A stretch of 64,000 nucleotides of DNA from a virus (Duplodnaviria > Heunggongvirae > Uroviricota > Caudoviricetes), in the IMG/VR virus record IMGVR_UViG_3300010396_000003, positions 1 through 64,000 of that record. One strand, 5' to 3'. The notes under the pieces were generated by a model. It saw nothing but the letters and a program-made list of their open reading frames with translations, was not told the DNA's origin and searched no databases. Below, in pieces: positions 63,480 to 64,000 of this stretch (the first letter of the stretch is position 1; each line of letters begins with the position of its first letter). Both the position numbers and the translations under genes were made by a program.

Positions 63480-63989
63480 TTACTTGAGTAGAGAATTGAA
63501 ATCGTCGGTTCCGGTCGCGGCCGCTTGTCGATTAATTGGGATTGCGGATGACTGCGCTCCTGCTGGTCCAAGCAAGAATGCGGTATCTTTATTCCCCGGA
63601 TTAAGAGCTTGTTGTTCATAGCGCGATAGAGCATCAAGAGCATCCGCTTCAATCGCACCATTCTTCACATCCATCTTATCCATGAAGGTTTCGGCAACGC
63701 GCTGGAAGTCATCGATCGCGCCAAGTTTTCTGCCGGCGTCTTCGGCGAGGAATTCCATTGTCTGGTTGAACATGTCGTCTTCTTGCGCATCACCGCTAAT
63801 TAAACGCTTAGCCTTCTGCAAGGCTCCATAAGCTGCGTTAACAGTCTTGTATTGGATTTCAGCTTGCTTCACCTGGTCTTCGGTGTCCTCGATTAAATAT
63901 TGGATGTGGACGTCCCACTTCGTTAGAAGGTCGTAAACCTTGCGCGTCTTATCAAGTAGATTTTGATAGCCATCGTTCGCTTGCTTCAA
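63480..63989 (-). CDS. hypothetical protein
   Basis: 169-aa helical ORF. The 5' end may continue beyond the window edge. Confidence 0.3.
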   Translation of the reverse strand: MKQANDGYQNLLDKTRKVYDLLTKWDVHIQYLIEDTEDQVKQAEIQYKTVNAAYGALQKAKRLISGDAQEDDMFNQTMEFLAEDAGRKLGAIDDFQRVAETFMDKMDVKNGAIEADALDALSRYEQQALNPGNKDTAFLLGPAGAQSSAIPINRQAAATGTDDFNSLLK

Positions 63990-64000
63990 TCTTGCTGCAT

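Noticed and set aside
1-64000. CRISPR arrays, integrase or attachment sites, rRNA genes
   Set aside because: No short direct repeats with unique spacers. No tyrosine or serine recombinase motifs were recognised, and no tRNA-3'-end duplication that could mark att sites was found within the window.

Overview
The window reads as one arm of a large tailed phage or prophage, probably jumbo-class: almost every gene is on the minus strand with short overlaps between neighbours. Coordinates are descending in transcription order. The modules are:
- Replication and recombination, about 50-14500: HNH endonuclease, HExxH peptidase, ParB-like protein, DUF4326, ASCH, RusA, MazG-like, a HerA/FtsK-like ATPase with two C-terminal winged-helix repeats, an SPFH/band-7 protein, a PD-(D/E)XK nuclease, a RecT-like annealing protein, and a T5orf172 protein with a small RHH regulator.
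- A single plus-strand gene for a secreted protein (14981-15352) behind an extended -10 promoter.
- A GTA/alpha-siphovirus-like tail module, 15599-29984: tail assembly chaperones, a 969-aa tape measure protein, distal tail proteins, a 37-aa tandem-repeat protein with a Sec signal peptide, an NlpC/P60 peptidase and a 1210-aa host-specificity protein.
- A glycosyltransferase at 29984-30811, followed by a lysis/secreted cassette at 31206-34281: M15 endolysin, secreted FN3 protein, papain-like peptidase and a lipoprotein.
- An unusual seven-gene sugar-modification cluster, 34312-39964: nucleotide-sugar dehydrogenase, ATP-grasp protein, three glycosyltransferases and two methyltransferases.
- A head module, 39983-44887: decoration candidate, 652-aa capsid candidate, scaffold and prohead protease.
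- A very large minus-strand tRNA array, 44935-52945: about 34 tRNA genes with small ORFs, HNH endonucleases, a secreted protein and a roughly 680-nt noncoding tract interspersed.
- Beyond the array: a second DUF4326 copy, a Ro60/TROVE+vWA protein candidate, an HNH protein, tRNA-Ala, and two circularly permuted tRNA-mimic modules (T-arm, loop-closed acceptor helix, D-arm, no anticodon arm) that look like bacterial YrlA-type Y RNAs next to the Ro60 candidate.
- An ABC importer operon (ATPase, permease, OmpA-domain periplasmic protein), 58511-63461.

No CRISPR array, integrase or rRNA was seen. All RNA calls were made by hand folding and should be confirmed with tRNAscan-SE/Infernal.
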